A stretch of DNA of 64,000 nucleotides, taken from Geosiphon pyriformis uo1. Its lineage: Eukaryota > Fungi > Glomeromycota. Location of the stretch: positions 176,302 to 240,301 of the forward strand of contig JAAOMT010000263.1 of NCBI GenBank assembly GCA_016748015.1, read 5' to 3'. Below the pieces are notes generated by a model, which searched no databases, was not told the origin of the DNA, and worked only from the letters and a program-made list of their open reading frames with translations. The translations under genes were made by a program, and so were the position numbers. Below, piece after piece: positions 42,804 to 55,099 of the stretch (position 1 is its first letter; every line of letters starts with the position of its first letter).

Positions 42804-44744
42804 TGGAGTTTTAAGTTATCTTTTTGCACATAGATCATATGACTTACAGGTGCTCAACTAGTATCTATGCTATCCTCTGCTTTTTCCAGCACATATCAAT
42901 ATCAATTTGTTAAATAATTTTTTGGCTAGTATAGTCTATATTTTTCTAGAGCATGATATATCTTTGTGTAATCTTATAATTAATGCTTTTTGTTTTTGGG
43001 ATGGTGCCTCTATGTTGCTTGTTCTTAATGAATCAATGTATTTTAAGTGTACTTTTTTGCTTTGACAATATGGAATTGCTTTCATAGACCAACTTTGTAA
43101 CCATACTGGTACAGTCTTTAATTAGAAAACATTTAAAAAGTGAAAAAAATTGAACCCATGTGGTTCAGTTCCTAATTAGTTTGGGCTTTTTGTTTGTTTT
43201 TTTAATAATATAGCCTCTTTTTCTGTTTGTTTTTCTTTCTTAGGAGACATTAACTTGTCATATACTCTTAGTTTTCATGAATTTAGAATCATTCATAATT
43301 GTTTGTTGGATGTTAATGCCAGTCACTTTTTTGTATATATGGATAGATCTTTGTGTAATCTGAAGACTGTTAATATGAAGACTGGTGCAGCTGTTTTTTT
43401 TAAGAATATTAATTTTGGTTTGGGTGTTAGAGTTTCTGGTTTGGTGTTTTCTATTATGATGGAGTTGCAGACTATTTTACTGGTGCTTGAATGTGTTCTT
43501 TTTTTTAGTTTAATTTAACTTTTCTTGAACAGCCAGGCTGCTTTAGATGCTTGCAAATCAGAATTGGGTTTGATATATCCAGACTTCCAAAACAGATGTT
43601 GGATTGAATGTCATCACATTGTGAATATTATTTATAAGAAGAATTTGAATATCAGCTGACATAAAATAAAAGATTATTTAAGTGTTTCTGGCAATAAGCA
43701 TGCTAATATACTTACAAAGACTGCCTTTCTTTCTGATTAGTACCCCCCTTATTGAGTTAGAAAGTATTATATCAAAACTGATGGTGGCATTGTTTCTGGT
43801 AATTTTAGACATTTTACTCGTGATGTTTTCTGCTCTATTTATCATATGTGCTAGAAGGTTGGTTCTGGTTCTCAGATTATGACAAACAGTCTGTATGTAG
43901 ATGTTAATTGGTTTAGATTTTTCTTGCTATAGCACTCCAATTCTCACTTGGCTGCCAGTTTTACTAGTAAGTATACTGCTGGTGTTTGCATATATTTTAT
44001 AAAGGCTTTATATTACTGGCTTCTTGTTGTTGTTTGTAAGTGTTTGTATGACAAGTATTATTTTAGTGTGGTGTATTTGTTCTATGGAGATGTTGAGGTC
44101 TTAAACTATGTTTTTTCTTGTTCATTTGACTCTGCTGCTCATATTTGATTACTGGACACTTATGTAATTAATTAAAGGTTGCTTTCTGGTCTTTCTTATT
44201 TTTTTTATATATAATGTAGTTATTGTCTTTCTGTGTTTTTGACATTATAGTGTACATAGCTTTGTGTAAGAGTTTTGTTTTTAATGATTGGTACTGAAAG
44301 TCTTTTTTTGTTTTCAAGGATTCTAAAATTACAGGCCAAAAAATTATGAACTTTGTACACAAGTTTTGTCTTACATTTCGAGATGAAATTTGGTTGGCTT
44401 GTATTAAATACTGGACTTTTATAGAAAAAAATGAATTGATTTTACATAATAGGTTTATTTCTGTTTTAATAGCTGGGCTTTTTTTGGTGTTCTTAGCTGG
44501 TATGGTTAAATTATTGGATGTTGCTAAAGCTTTTGGGGTTAGTTTTAGTTTACATAAATTTTGTTTGTTTTTTTGAATATAGATAACTTGGTTTCAGTTT
44601 ATATAGGTGCTTAGTGTTGTTCTAATTAGTCTGAATAGCTAGTCACATGTAGAAATACATGATTTACACTTAATTTAGATTACTTATATATGATATATTG
44701 TATTAGATAGTGTTTGGACCTCATTCATTAAATATTAATAAAAT
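42804..44744 (+). mobile_element. 5'-truncated LINE copy (RNase H + C-terminus + 3' UTR) inserted in the Gypsy internal region
   Basis: FVYMDRSL (VYTDGSL), MELQTILL, NSQAAL, KIKDY..GNKHAN. 3' tail ttggacctcattcattaaa shared with 41254-42140. TSD aaa(g/a)aatttaat at 42792-42803 and 44745-44756. Confidence 0.88.
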
Positions 44745-45179
44745 AAAAAATTTAATACTACTATTTATAATTTTAAGTTGTTTTATTATTTTAATTAATT
44801 ATCTAAAAATTAAAATTATATATTACAATATTTTTTAAATAAAACTATTACAAAAAGTTTTAAATTTTACAAAAATTATTAAATATTTATTTTTAAAATT
44901 TAAGATAATTTACTAAAAATTATTATATTATTATTAAAAAATTATTCTGAATTAATATAAAACAACTTAAACAACTTATTGTAAAATATACTAATATATT
45001 TGTAAATAATAATAATAATTTAAGAAGAAATAATTTAGTTTAACACCAAAGTTACACAAAAAATATTAAACCAAAATAAATCTATTAAATACTATTTATT
45101 AATAATTTATCAAAAAAATATAATAAATACTTAAAAATAAACTTATACAACTTTTAATAAGTTCATAAACTTTTTTAAT

Positions 45180-46830
45180 AGTTTTTATTAAAAAAAAAAT
45201 TTTTTTAATTTTATGTTAATTAGTATTAAGTTAATAGTTTTATATTTAAAAATGTTTATTTTTTATTATAAATTAATAATATATTAAATAATATTGGCAA
45301 ATTTAAGTATTTTTTAGCATTAAATTTAAAAAACAGATATTATAAGTTATTATAGATTTCAAAAATTGCTTAAAAACAGCTTTTATTAATTAAAAAAACT
45401 ATAAGTTTAATGTAATATTTTTTGAATTATATAATATATTAGCAATATTCTAATAGCTTATAAATATTGTTTATATTAAACTTTTATAATAGTTAATAAT
45501 TGTTTATTTTGACAATATTAATATTTATTCTTATTTTTTAAAGCTTATTTAGTTTATTTGAAAAAAGTTTTTTAACAATTATAATAAGTAAAATTGAAAT
45601 TAAATATTAAAAAATAGTGCTTTAGCAAAACAAGTTTAGTTTTTTGATTATATTGTTAATAAAAATAGAATTAAACCAAATTTAAAAAAAATTAGCATTA
45701 TTAAAATTTTTAAAATTTTTTTAAATTAAAAAAATTTACAGAATTAGTATTTTATTATTAAGAATTCATTAAAAATTTTTCAAAATTACCAAACCTCTTA
45801 ATTACTTGATTAATAAAAATATTAAATATTAATAAACAACAAAACAACAAATTGTTTTTAACATTATTAAAAAAAATTAATAATAGCTTTAATTTTGGTT
45901 TATTATAATATTAATAAAAAATTTCAATTAATATTTAATGTTTTTTATTTAATTTTTAATGTTATTTTATTTTAATTGAATAATAATGACAATAAAAAAG
46001 TAATTATATATGTCAATTAATTCAATAAATTTAATAACTCAATAGATTAATAACAATTAATGAATTTTAAAACTTATAACAATATTAAAATCTATTTAAA
46101 AACTTTTACAATATTAAAAAATTGGTTTTAAAGTAAAAAACATTATTTACAATATTAATTAAAACAATATTTTATAAACAATAACACTATTTATTATTGA
46201 AATTGCAAAAATTTAAACAATTATTCAAATTAATTTAAGAACAAAAAATAAAACAATTTTATACAACAGAGATTTAAATTTATTTTTAACATATTTTTAA
46301 TTTTGTAATAGTTATTAAAAAAAACTTGCTTCATAAAATTCTTAAATTCAATTAAAGTTAACCAATTTTTTAATAATTTATTTAGACTATTATTTATTAT
46401 AACTTAAGAAGATTAATATATTGTAGTTATTATAAATTATTTTACAAAATAACTTAATGCAAAAGTTATTTAAAAAGCAAATGCAAAATCAATAGCAAAT
46501 TTTATTTATAAAAACATTATTTGTAAACATAAATATCTAATTGAATTTTTATACAATTAAAAAACACATTTTGTAAACAATCTAATACAAAAAAACTGTA
46601 AATAATTCAATGTCAAAAGATTTTTATTTTTATTTTATTATTCTTAAACAAATAGATTTATAGAATATTTTAACCAAATACTTTGTAAATTACTAACCGA
46701 AATTTCAATCAATTTTGAAAAAAAATAAAATATCTTTATTCTATTATTATTATTAGTATATAAAATACTGAAACAAAATACAATAAAACACATATTATTT
46801 AACTTAAATTATAAAAAAATAGCATTATTA
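45180..46830 (+). pseudogene. Gypsy pol relic (RT, RNase H, integrase)
   Basis: KTAFI..YKFNVIFFELYNILAIF*-LIN (KTAF..YEFNVMPFGLCNAPATFQRLMN) ~45370-45465; IVYFDNINIYS (YLDD) ~45500-45530; NYFTK*LNAK..ANAKSIANFIYKNIICKH ~46435-46530; YYS*TNRFIEYFNQILC (YHPQTNGLVERFNQTLC) ~46635-46690. Confidence 0.85.
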
Positions 46831-48484
46831 ATTAATATTTTAGTGGAAACTTATCTAGTTCAATTAATTACAGAAAAAAACTTTCTGAAAATATTTTAAC
46901 AAAGAGCTTATGCTTTTTTTAACACTTTGAAAAAAAACAATAAATTGCAGTTATATATATTAAATATTTTTAAAATCAACAAAAAAAATAGCATAACAAT
47001 AAATTACTACTTATCAACAACAAATTTTAAGTTAAAAATAAGGTTTTTTTACACAAAACTAAGACTAAAAAACAATAAAATAGATTATTTTATATTTACG
47101 AAATTTTAAACAAAAAATTATATAAGTAGAAACTTAATAATAAAATATTAAAGAAAGTTGTACATAATAACAGACTAAAATATTATTATTTAAGAACCAA
47201 TTCCGAATTTTTAATTTCACAAATTGGTACATAATTTTTTTAATTAATCCAAAAGATATTCTCCAAAACTTAAAACCAATAGTTATTATTAAACAACTTT
47301 TAAAATTAAACATTTAATTTTTAATTTACATTATATTTATTCTTTATCTTTCTATAGAAAATAAAAAATTGTTAAAAATAATTAAAATAACCACAAAAAA
47401 ATTGGTTAAACTAAAAATATATAGAAACTATAGACTAAAAATAATTTTATTTTCTCTTTTTATATTTTATAATTTTATAATAATAATTATTTTTTCAAAA
47501 CATTCAACAAATATTACAAAAATTAATGCTAGCTTTATAAACACTTTTTAATTTATTCATAATAATTAATAAAAGCCAAATTAATTATATTTAAAAAAAA
47601 TTACAGTTTTAGTAGTAAATTCACAAAATTTTTATTTTTATAGAAAAAACACAAAAGATTATTTTGGAATTTACCTATCAGAATTTTTAAAACAAACTTT
47701 AAAAAAAATAGATTGTTTGTTATTAATATTTTACTAAATATCACAATTTAAAAAAAATTTTAATTGTGACTTAATAAATAAAACAATAAATACATCTTAA
47801 TTTATGAATATTTTTATATTAAAAAAACACTTTATAAAAAAACTAGAACTTAAAACAACAAATTTCATCTCAAAAGTTATTTAAAAGCAAATACACAATA
47901 AATTTAAGACAACAAAAAAATTAATAAATATTTATTATAAAATAAAAGCTATTTTTAAATTTTGTAATTTATTTAATATCTGTAAAAATATTTTACAATA
48001 TCTAATTTTACAATTTTTAAAAATTCAATATATTAAAAAGTTTATAAACTGAAATTTCAACAATTTTCAAACCAAATTACTTCAATAATTTTGGATTATT
48101 ATCTGAAAATTACAGATAGTATTTGGAACTTTAATAAAGTTTAATCATAAAAAAAAATTATATTATCAATAGAAATTTAAGTTATTAATTAAAATTACTC
48201 TTATAATTCTTATTATTGATTAATATATATTTTTATTTTAAATTATTACTTATTATTTATTAAAGTATTAATTATTATTATTTAATTAATAACTTAATTT
48301 ATATAATATTCCAGTATAATTAATTGTAAATAATCAGATTGTATAATATTTTAAACTATATAATATTTAAAAATTTGTCAAAATATTTAAAAATTTAACA
48401 AAATATTTAATAGTTTATCAAAATAATTATTAATTTATAAAAATAACTTGTAGTTTGCTAAAGTATATTTTTAATTTGTAAAAT

Positions 48485-50779
48485 TTTTTTTTTTTTATTA
48501 AAGTTTAACAAGTAAGACCCAATTACTATCTAAAAATTAGAAACAAATTAAGAGTTTCAGGACTAAATATAGTTTACACACTTTTTACATATAATCAGCT
48601 ACTCAAGCCAGTTCAGGCTATACTATATTAATGTACTAGAAAAAAACTTACCCAAAGATAATATTTTTTGAATAACAAAAAACAAAATAATACTGCAAAG
48701 AACCAATTCAACCAGCTATTTAACTGTTTTTAAGGCATTAGCTTTAATATCAATAGATTCATGTTTCCAAAGTGACATTAAGTTGGAAAACACTTCATCA
48801 TTCAAACCAACAGAATGTTTTGAATTACTAGACATATTAATATTCTCTATATAATACTTTTTTTTTAAAAAAACTACTTCTCTTTCCAACTTACCAACAA
48901 CTTTATTAAAGAAACCCATATGTACTATAATCTCATTAACTTTAAGGCCAAGTTTACTGCTTGAGGCCAAATTCTTATTAATAAAATATTCAAACAATTT
49001 GACCAAAAAACCAACTGGTTTAACAATAGACTCAACCAAAGCAAAAAGCTTAACCAAATTAGACTCCAAAGAAGCCAACCAAGAGAGCACTAAGGGATCA
49101 TCAACAACCATAGAAGGAAAAATAGAAGCTGCCAAGAAGGGAAACTCAAAAAAATTCAGGAAGGCAGAAGCTTTTACATAAGAAACACCACTCACAAAAT
49201 ACAGTTTAAACATCTTGAGAGCCTTGGGAGAAGAAAGTGGAAAAACTTTGCAGTTTACAGCCAAATAGCCTACTTCTTAACACCTAAAACAGTGCTGACA
49301 ACCAGGAGTTTCTCACCAAATATGGCATTTTCTTAGGGTACTAGTCTTGATAACTGCAGAGTCCAAATCAATTTAGAAACCAAATATAATCAGAGCAAAT
49401 TGGAAATGACAACCAGAATCAGGTGAACAAGGAATAAAACAAGTCTGGTCACCAACTTGAGAGATCATATCACTGATTTCAAAGACAGTGCAGTTAGAAA
49501 AAAGGTTGACCAACTTGGCCTTAAATTGATTACAAGACAAAATTGTCTCATTTTGATTGATAAAGGAAAAAATCTGAATACTATCTTTGCCCACTAAAAC
49601 TGACTAGTGAGTAAAAGCAGATGCAGCAGCATTCAATTCTTTAAAATAAACCACCACGTATTGCCAAATACTAGTAGGCTTTAGCACAACATAAAAAACT
49701 TCACCAAAAACACCAAGAGCTGACTTAATATTAGCAGCTGACATACTCAAAGACATGTCATGTAGTACTATAGCAGCAGGAAAAGAACCAAATTCAGAAA
49801 TTACCAAAAACTTGGCAATTTTGAGAGTGGCTAAGTAAACAGAGCTCATAAGCTCAACTAGAAATACAGCATCCAAAGAACTTTGGGAAGCAAATTCCAC
49901 ATAAAAAAGCTTCACATTGTTCTTAAAACAGATTTTGCATCTAAAAAACCATGTATAGACTGAAAAACAGTCTTAACATGAGCCAATTTAATTTTAAAAG
50001 TAGCACCAAGCACCAGAGTAAAAGCCACTTATTTAGCAAATCTTTGATAACTAGTATTGTTTCTCAAGTACCACCATCAGCAGCATCAGAAACCAGAAGA
50101 GAAGATGATTCAGTTTCTATTTGGTCAGCCCAGTTTTCAAGAACAAATGACATTATAGAAAATAATTGTTTTGCTTTTAAAACTGGTGATAATCTGCCAA
50201 AAAACACCACATTAGACAATACAGCCAGTGGTTGATCTTGACTTATCTTGGATAATATGCTGGATAATACTATGGAGATCTCACTTAAGATCTTATTGAG
50301 AACCACAAAGGGATTTGGCATAACAATAGCAAAGACAAGTAACTGCCCCCACTTTTCTGAACTTTTGGTCTTTTTAACCATTTTTTTTGAGGAAGTAATA
50401 CTAGTAGCACTAAGTGTTGAAACAAGAAAGGGGAAAACCAGCTTGTTTACAAATTTATTATTAAAAACTTTTGGGTTTTTAGTTGAAATGAAGGCAACAC
50501 TAGGACTAATCCAAGTGTGTTTCTTTGAGGGAATTTTGACTGGTGAAAAACCAGCCAAAGATGAAAAAATTGCTTCAGTAGCTATCAAAAGCAGCTTTTT
50601 ATGATTATTAGGTAAAAAAAAGACTTTTAAAACGTTCTGCCTAGTTGTTTTTACAACAGAGAGAGCTTTTCTGATTGAAATTTTATTAGATATCTCAAGA
50701 AAAATATTAAGTACAGCTTTTTTATTTTTTGCTCTGGTCATGGTCATAAAATTAAGGAGACAAAGAGTTTGTTATCTAT
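48485..50779 (-). mobile_element. Non-autonomous ORF1-only (HAL1-like) non-LTR retroposon, ~2.3 kb
   Basis: Poly(A) tail (T-run to 48496 on +). 11-bp TSD atttgtaaaat at 48474-48484 and 50780-50790. ~32-nt 5' UTR. A single ~700-codon disrupted frame from ATG 50747 to TAG 48623, with RRM-like segments and CFRC*EVGYLAVNC (degenerate CX2CX4HX4C). No ORF2. 3' UTR homologous to the LINE 3' UTR. Confidence 0.88.
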
Positions 50780-51066
50780 ATTTGTAAAATATTAGCAAAA
50801 AAAATACAAAATTATAGAATAATTTTATAATAAATTACATAAAAAAAGCTTTTTTCTTTAAGAAAATATATCTTTTTTAAAATTTTAATTTAGAATAATT
50901 AATTAGCTATACAAATTAATTTAATAAAATTTACTTAAAAATTTAAATTTTTTTTATAATCATTATTGTTTAAAAATTTACAATTATAACTAATATTTTA
51001 AAATTAATTAACTTTTAATTTCAATAATCTTTTAATCAATTTTAAACTTAAACCAAAAACAAATAT

Positions 51067-51709
51067 TATTATATATAGTTACTTATATATATTAATTAAT
51101 AATAATATTAATTAGTTATTTTATTTTTAAAATAGTTATTAATGTAATTATTAATTTGATTAATAACTTAATTATTAATTTAATTGTTAACTCAATTATT
51201 AATTTAATTATTAACTAAATTATTGACATAATTATTAATCTAATTATTAATTTTTTTTAAAAGTATATAAATAAATTTTCTTAAAATTATAAAAATGATT
51301 TATATACAGATTAAGTTTATTTAAAATAAAAATTAATACAATAATAACAACTTTTTTATTTTTTTTCACTATTTTTTTTCTTAATTTGTATAATTGTTAG
51401 TTTTTGTAAAATATATTAAATAAATATTTACTAAAAAATACAATTAATATTTAACATTAAATTTTAAGAACATCAATATAAAACATAAAATTATATTAAT
51501 ATATTATTTTTATTAACAGTACAGACTATTTTTCTATTTTTAAATTTTTTTGTTATTTTTTTAAAAAAATAATAACTTAAATATTTATAAAATTAATTTT
51601 ACATATTGAATTTTTATTAATTAAAGTTGAATTATTGTTTAATTATTTTATTATTATATAATACTGTTTTTTTTATTATATATAAATATGTTATATTTAA
51701 TTAATAATA
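51067..51709 (+). mobile_element. Solo LTR, family B
   Basis: Extensive alignment with 55687-56338 and the reverse of 40184-40794, including the 12-bp subrepeat block at 51140-51250. Right end ambiguous (51706 or 51709). Confidence 0.8.
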
Positions 51710-54700
51710 TAAAAAAAAACTTTTTTTTAAAAAAAATGTATTTTAATTTAAAATAATCAATTTAATTACAACAAAAAAAATTAAAGAAAAACTATTTTTG
51801 AAATTCAAATTTTTTTCAAAATTATTATTGTTTAAAATTTAGTATTTTGACTAATATTTTGAAATTACTAAATATTATTAAAAAGTTTACAGACAAAAAT
51901 TTCTGTAAAAAAATTAATTTTTCTACAAAATAATTATATAAAATAATTGATACAAAATTGGCTATTCTATTATAAATCCAATAACAAAAACAATTTAATA
52001 TATAGAAAAATACTTTGAAAATAAATTAACTTATTAAAAATTTATTAAATTTTATTAACAACAGAATTAAAAACAAAATAACATTAATAATATTTTAAAA
52101 AATGATTAAAATTTTTAATAACACTATAAAATTGTTTTATTTATAGTATTAATATTATTCAACTTATTTAGATTAATATAATAAAACTTTTTTATAATAG
52201 AATTATTCAATCTATTAGTATTTAATATATTATTACAACTATTAATTTTACTATTTATTTTATTATTTTTAAAGTTTAACATATTTATGACCAAAAATTA
52301 GCAAATAAGTTAATTATATCAGCTTTAAAAACAAGTTTTTTAGTTAATATTTTTATAAATATAGATAAGTATAACTTTTTTTTTAATATTAAAGCAAATT
52401 TTTATTTTAGCTTTGTTTATAATTAAATTATCAGTAAAAAAGCCTATTAATTTTATAGTCATAAATAAAAGTCTATTAAAAAAAATAATTTACAAAAAAA
52501 CAGGACTAAAAAAAAGTAAAATATTTTTTCAGTTTTTATTAATTTTTGTTACAATTTTTTAAGTTTAAATTTTTATTTTATATTAAAACTATTGCTTTTT
52601 AATTTGGTTTTTTTGCTGGTTTTACTATAAATATATAAATTTAAGTAGTTTTCTTAAAATTTAAGCTGTAAAATTTGTTTGATTTAGTTAAATTTATAAT
52701 AATAAAAATTGGTTTTTTGATAAATTTGGTTGCTTTTTTTATAGTTTTTATGATTAATTTTATTATGAATATTTAAAAATCGTTTTAAATTTTTTAATTT
52801 TAATTAAATATATCATGAACTTAATTATTATTATACTTAAAAATTTTAATTAATTAAACATTAAGAATAAAATTTAAATTATAAAGTTTATAAATTTATA
52901 AATTATAATTTAATTGTTATTAGTTATAAAAATAAAATTATATTTAATAAAAATACAATTAAAAAATAATTGTATAAACATATAAAAAATAAACAAATTT
53001 TGTTAAATACTTTGATATATATATTTTAAATTCAGTTTTTTAATTGTTATTAATTATTAACAACTAATAATTTTGTAATATTATACATATATTATAAAAA
53101 TATATATTAATATTGTAATAAATAACAAAAAATCAAATAATTTTAATTTAATATTAAAATAATAGGTGTAAAATTTACATAACCTTTTATTAAACATAAC
53201 AATTTTGTAATATATACTTAGAAAAAAACATTAATTAATTAAATTATTATACAATTATAATATTTTATATTCAAAAAAAATTATAATATTTATATAATAT
53301 TAAATTTAAATTTAAAAATAACATTTAATAGATTGAAATTAATAAAATATTTAATTGTTATTTAATTATTATTTAGCTATAATTAATGTAATATTTTATT
53401 TGTAATTTTATTATTAATTGATTTGTTTACAATAATTTGTTAATTAAAATTTTCAAATTTTGTCTTTAGTCAATTTTTTGGTTATTTAATAATATAATAA
53501 TATATAAATATCTTTTTGTTAATTTGTTAATTATATTTGTAATTATTAATTATTATTAATTATAATATTTTTAATAATATTAACTTTAATATTAAATAGT
53601 GTTTTACTTATTTTATTAAACTAATAAAATATTGTAATTATATTATTTTGAGTTTAAAGCTATATTAGTATTATAAATTATTTTAAAATAGTTTAAAATA
53701 ATATATTAATTAATAAACAATAAAATAATTAAATTTAACTAAAAGAATCTTAAAAAAAAAGAAAATTAAGTTATTTATAAGCAATTTAATTAATATTATT
53801 ACAAATTAAAATAATAAGCTAATAAATAACAAAAATAATTTTTACAAAAAGCAAATTAAAAAGGTAAGTAATTGTTAAAAAAATCTGAAATTTGAAAAAT
53901 AGTTTGTGTTTATTAACAAAAAATAATACAATTAATATAATTGTATGTTTTTTTATTAGCAGTCTCGAAAACTCTACAAAAACAGAACAAAAAAATTGCA
54001 AAACATATGTTTTATTTAAAATTTCTTAAAATTTAATATAAATATTTATTGAAAATGTTTTTTATTACTATTTTTTATTTGCATTTAGTATAATTTTAAC
54101 TACCAACTATTTTTAAACAACACAATTATTATGTATTATATATAGATTGCACAATATAATCAAGCACTTAAACTAACAAAAATTATTTTATACTATATTA
54201 AAAAACTTTTTATTAATATTATATTTAAAAGTTTTTAACCAAAAAACTATTAACTTTAATTATTATTTCTAATAAATTATATACACCTATAATACATAAA
54301 TAATTCAACTATAATTACCATATTTTATTATTTTTTACTACTTTTTTTATTTTCTTCATATTTATATAGTATATTATTTAAAATCTAAATTTTATACATT
54401 ACAAAAATACAAAATACTTAACCATTTGCACAATTCTTTTATTAGCCATTTAAAATTCTTAAATCTGTTAAGAATATTTGCATATTACTTTTTATTTATA
54501 AAACTCTTACAAACAATTTTTTATTAGAATTTGGTATTTTTTTATTTAGAACTATTATTAAATATTGTTAAAAATGATTTGTTAATTTATTTTTGGTAAA
54601 TAAGAAGTTATTTTGTTCTTAATTAGGTATAAAAACAATAATTCTGTTTTTTTTACATTGCTATTATATTTATATATTTTTTGTAAATTTTCTATTTTGT

Positions 54701-55099
54701 TTATATATTAGCAATTTCTTGTTTATTATTTGGTATTTGTTTTAAAATTATGGTTTAAAAAATTATAATCAATTTAAGCTATTTACAATAGTTTTTATAA
54801 AAGTTCAATTTATATTATTTATAATATAATGAAATTTTTAGTTTTTTTTAATTTTTTTTCTTCCACTTAAGGTATAGTCAACATAAATATTATATATTAG
54901 ATGGGAATCTGTGCAATTTCATATAATCACGATCTTTTATATTAATTTATTTTAACAATTTTGTTAATAAATAGCTAATTATATAATATGTAGTAATTAA
55001 TACAAATAAAACAACTATTTTTTTATAATGTTTTAACAAATTATGGCCTAATTATTAATTATAATATAAAACTAAGATATTCTATAATAGTTATGAATC

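Larger units (their letters stand above)
32808..51986 (+). mobile_element. Decayed full-length Ty3/Gypsy element (copy 2, family-A LTRs) hosting nested insertions
   Basis: 5' LTR ~32808-41077 (split by a LINE and a solo LTR-B). 3' LTR 48161-51986 (preceded by an A-rich PPT relic, split by the ORF1-only element and a solo LTR-B). Both align to the solo LTR 58631-59591 and share a 3' end (aattgg(g)cta..ataa(c/t)a). Pol relics lie between them in RT-RNH-IN order. Pairing of the two LTRs is inferred; the outer TSD was not resolved. Confidence 0.65.

Noticed and set aside
39711-50795. Shared target motif TGTAWAAT^AT at the LINE and ORF1-only insertion sites
   Set aside because: The other two LINE insertions (TSDs taataagaa, aaagaatttaat) do not fit, and in such AT-rich DNA the match may be chance.
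51140-51250. Regularly spaced short repeats resembling a CRISPR array
   Set aside because: Contiguous 12-bp units with no unique spacers, inside an LTR of a eukaryotic genome; no cas genes.
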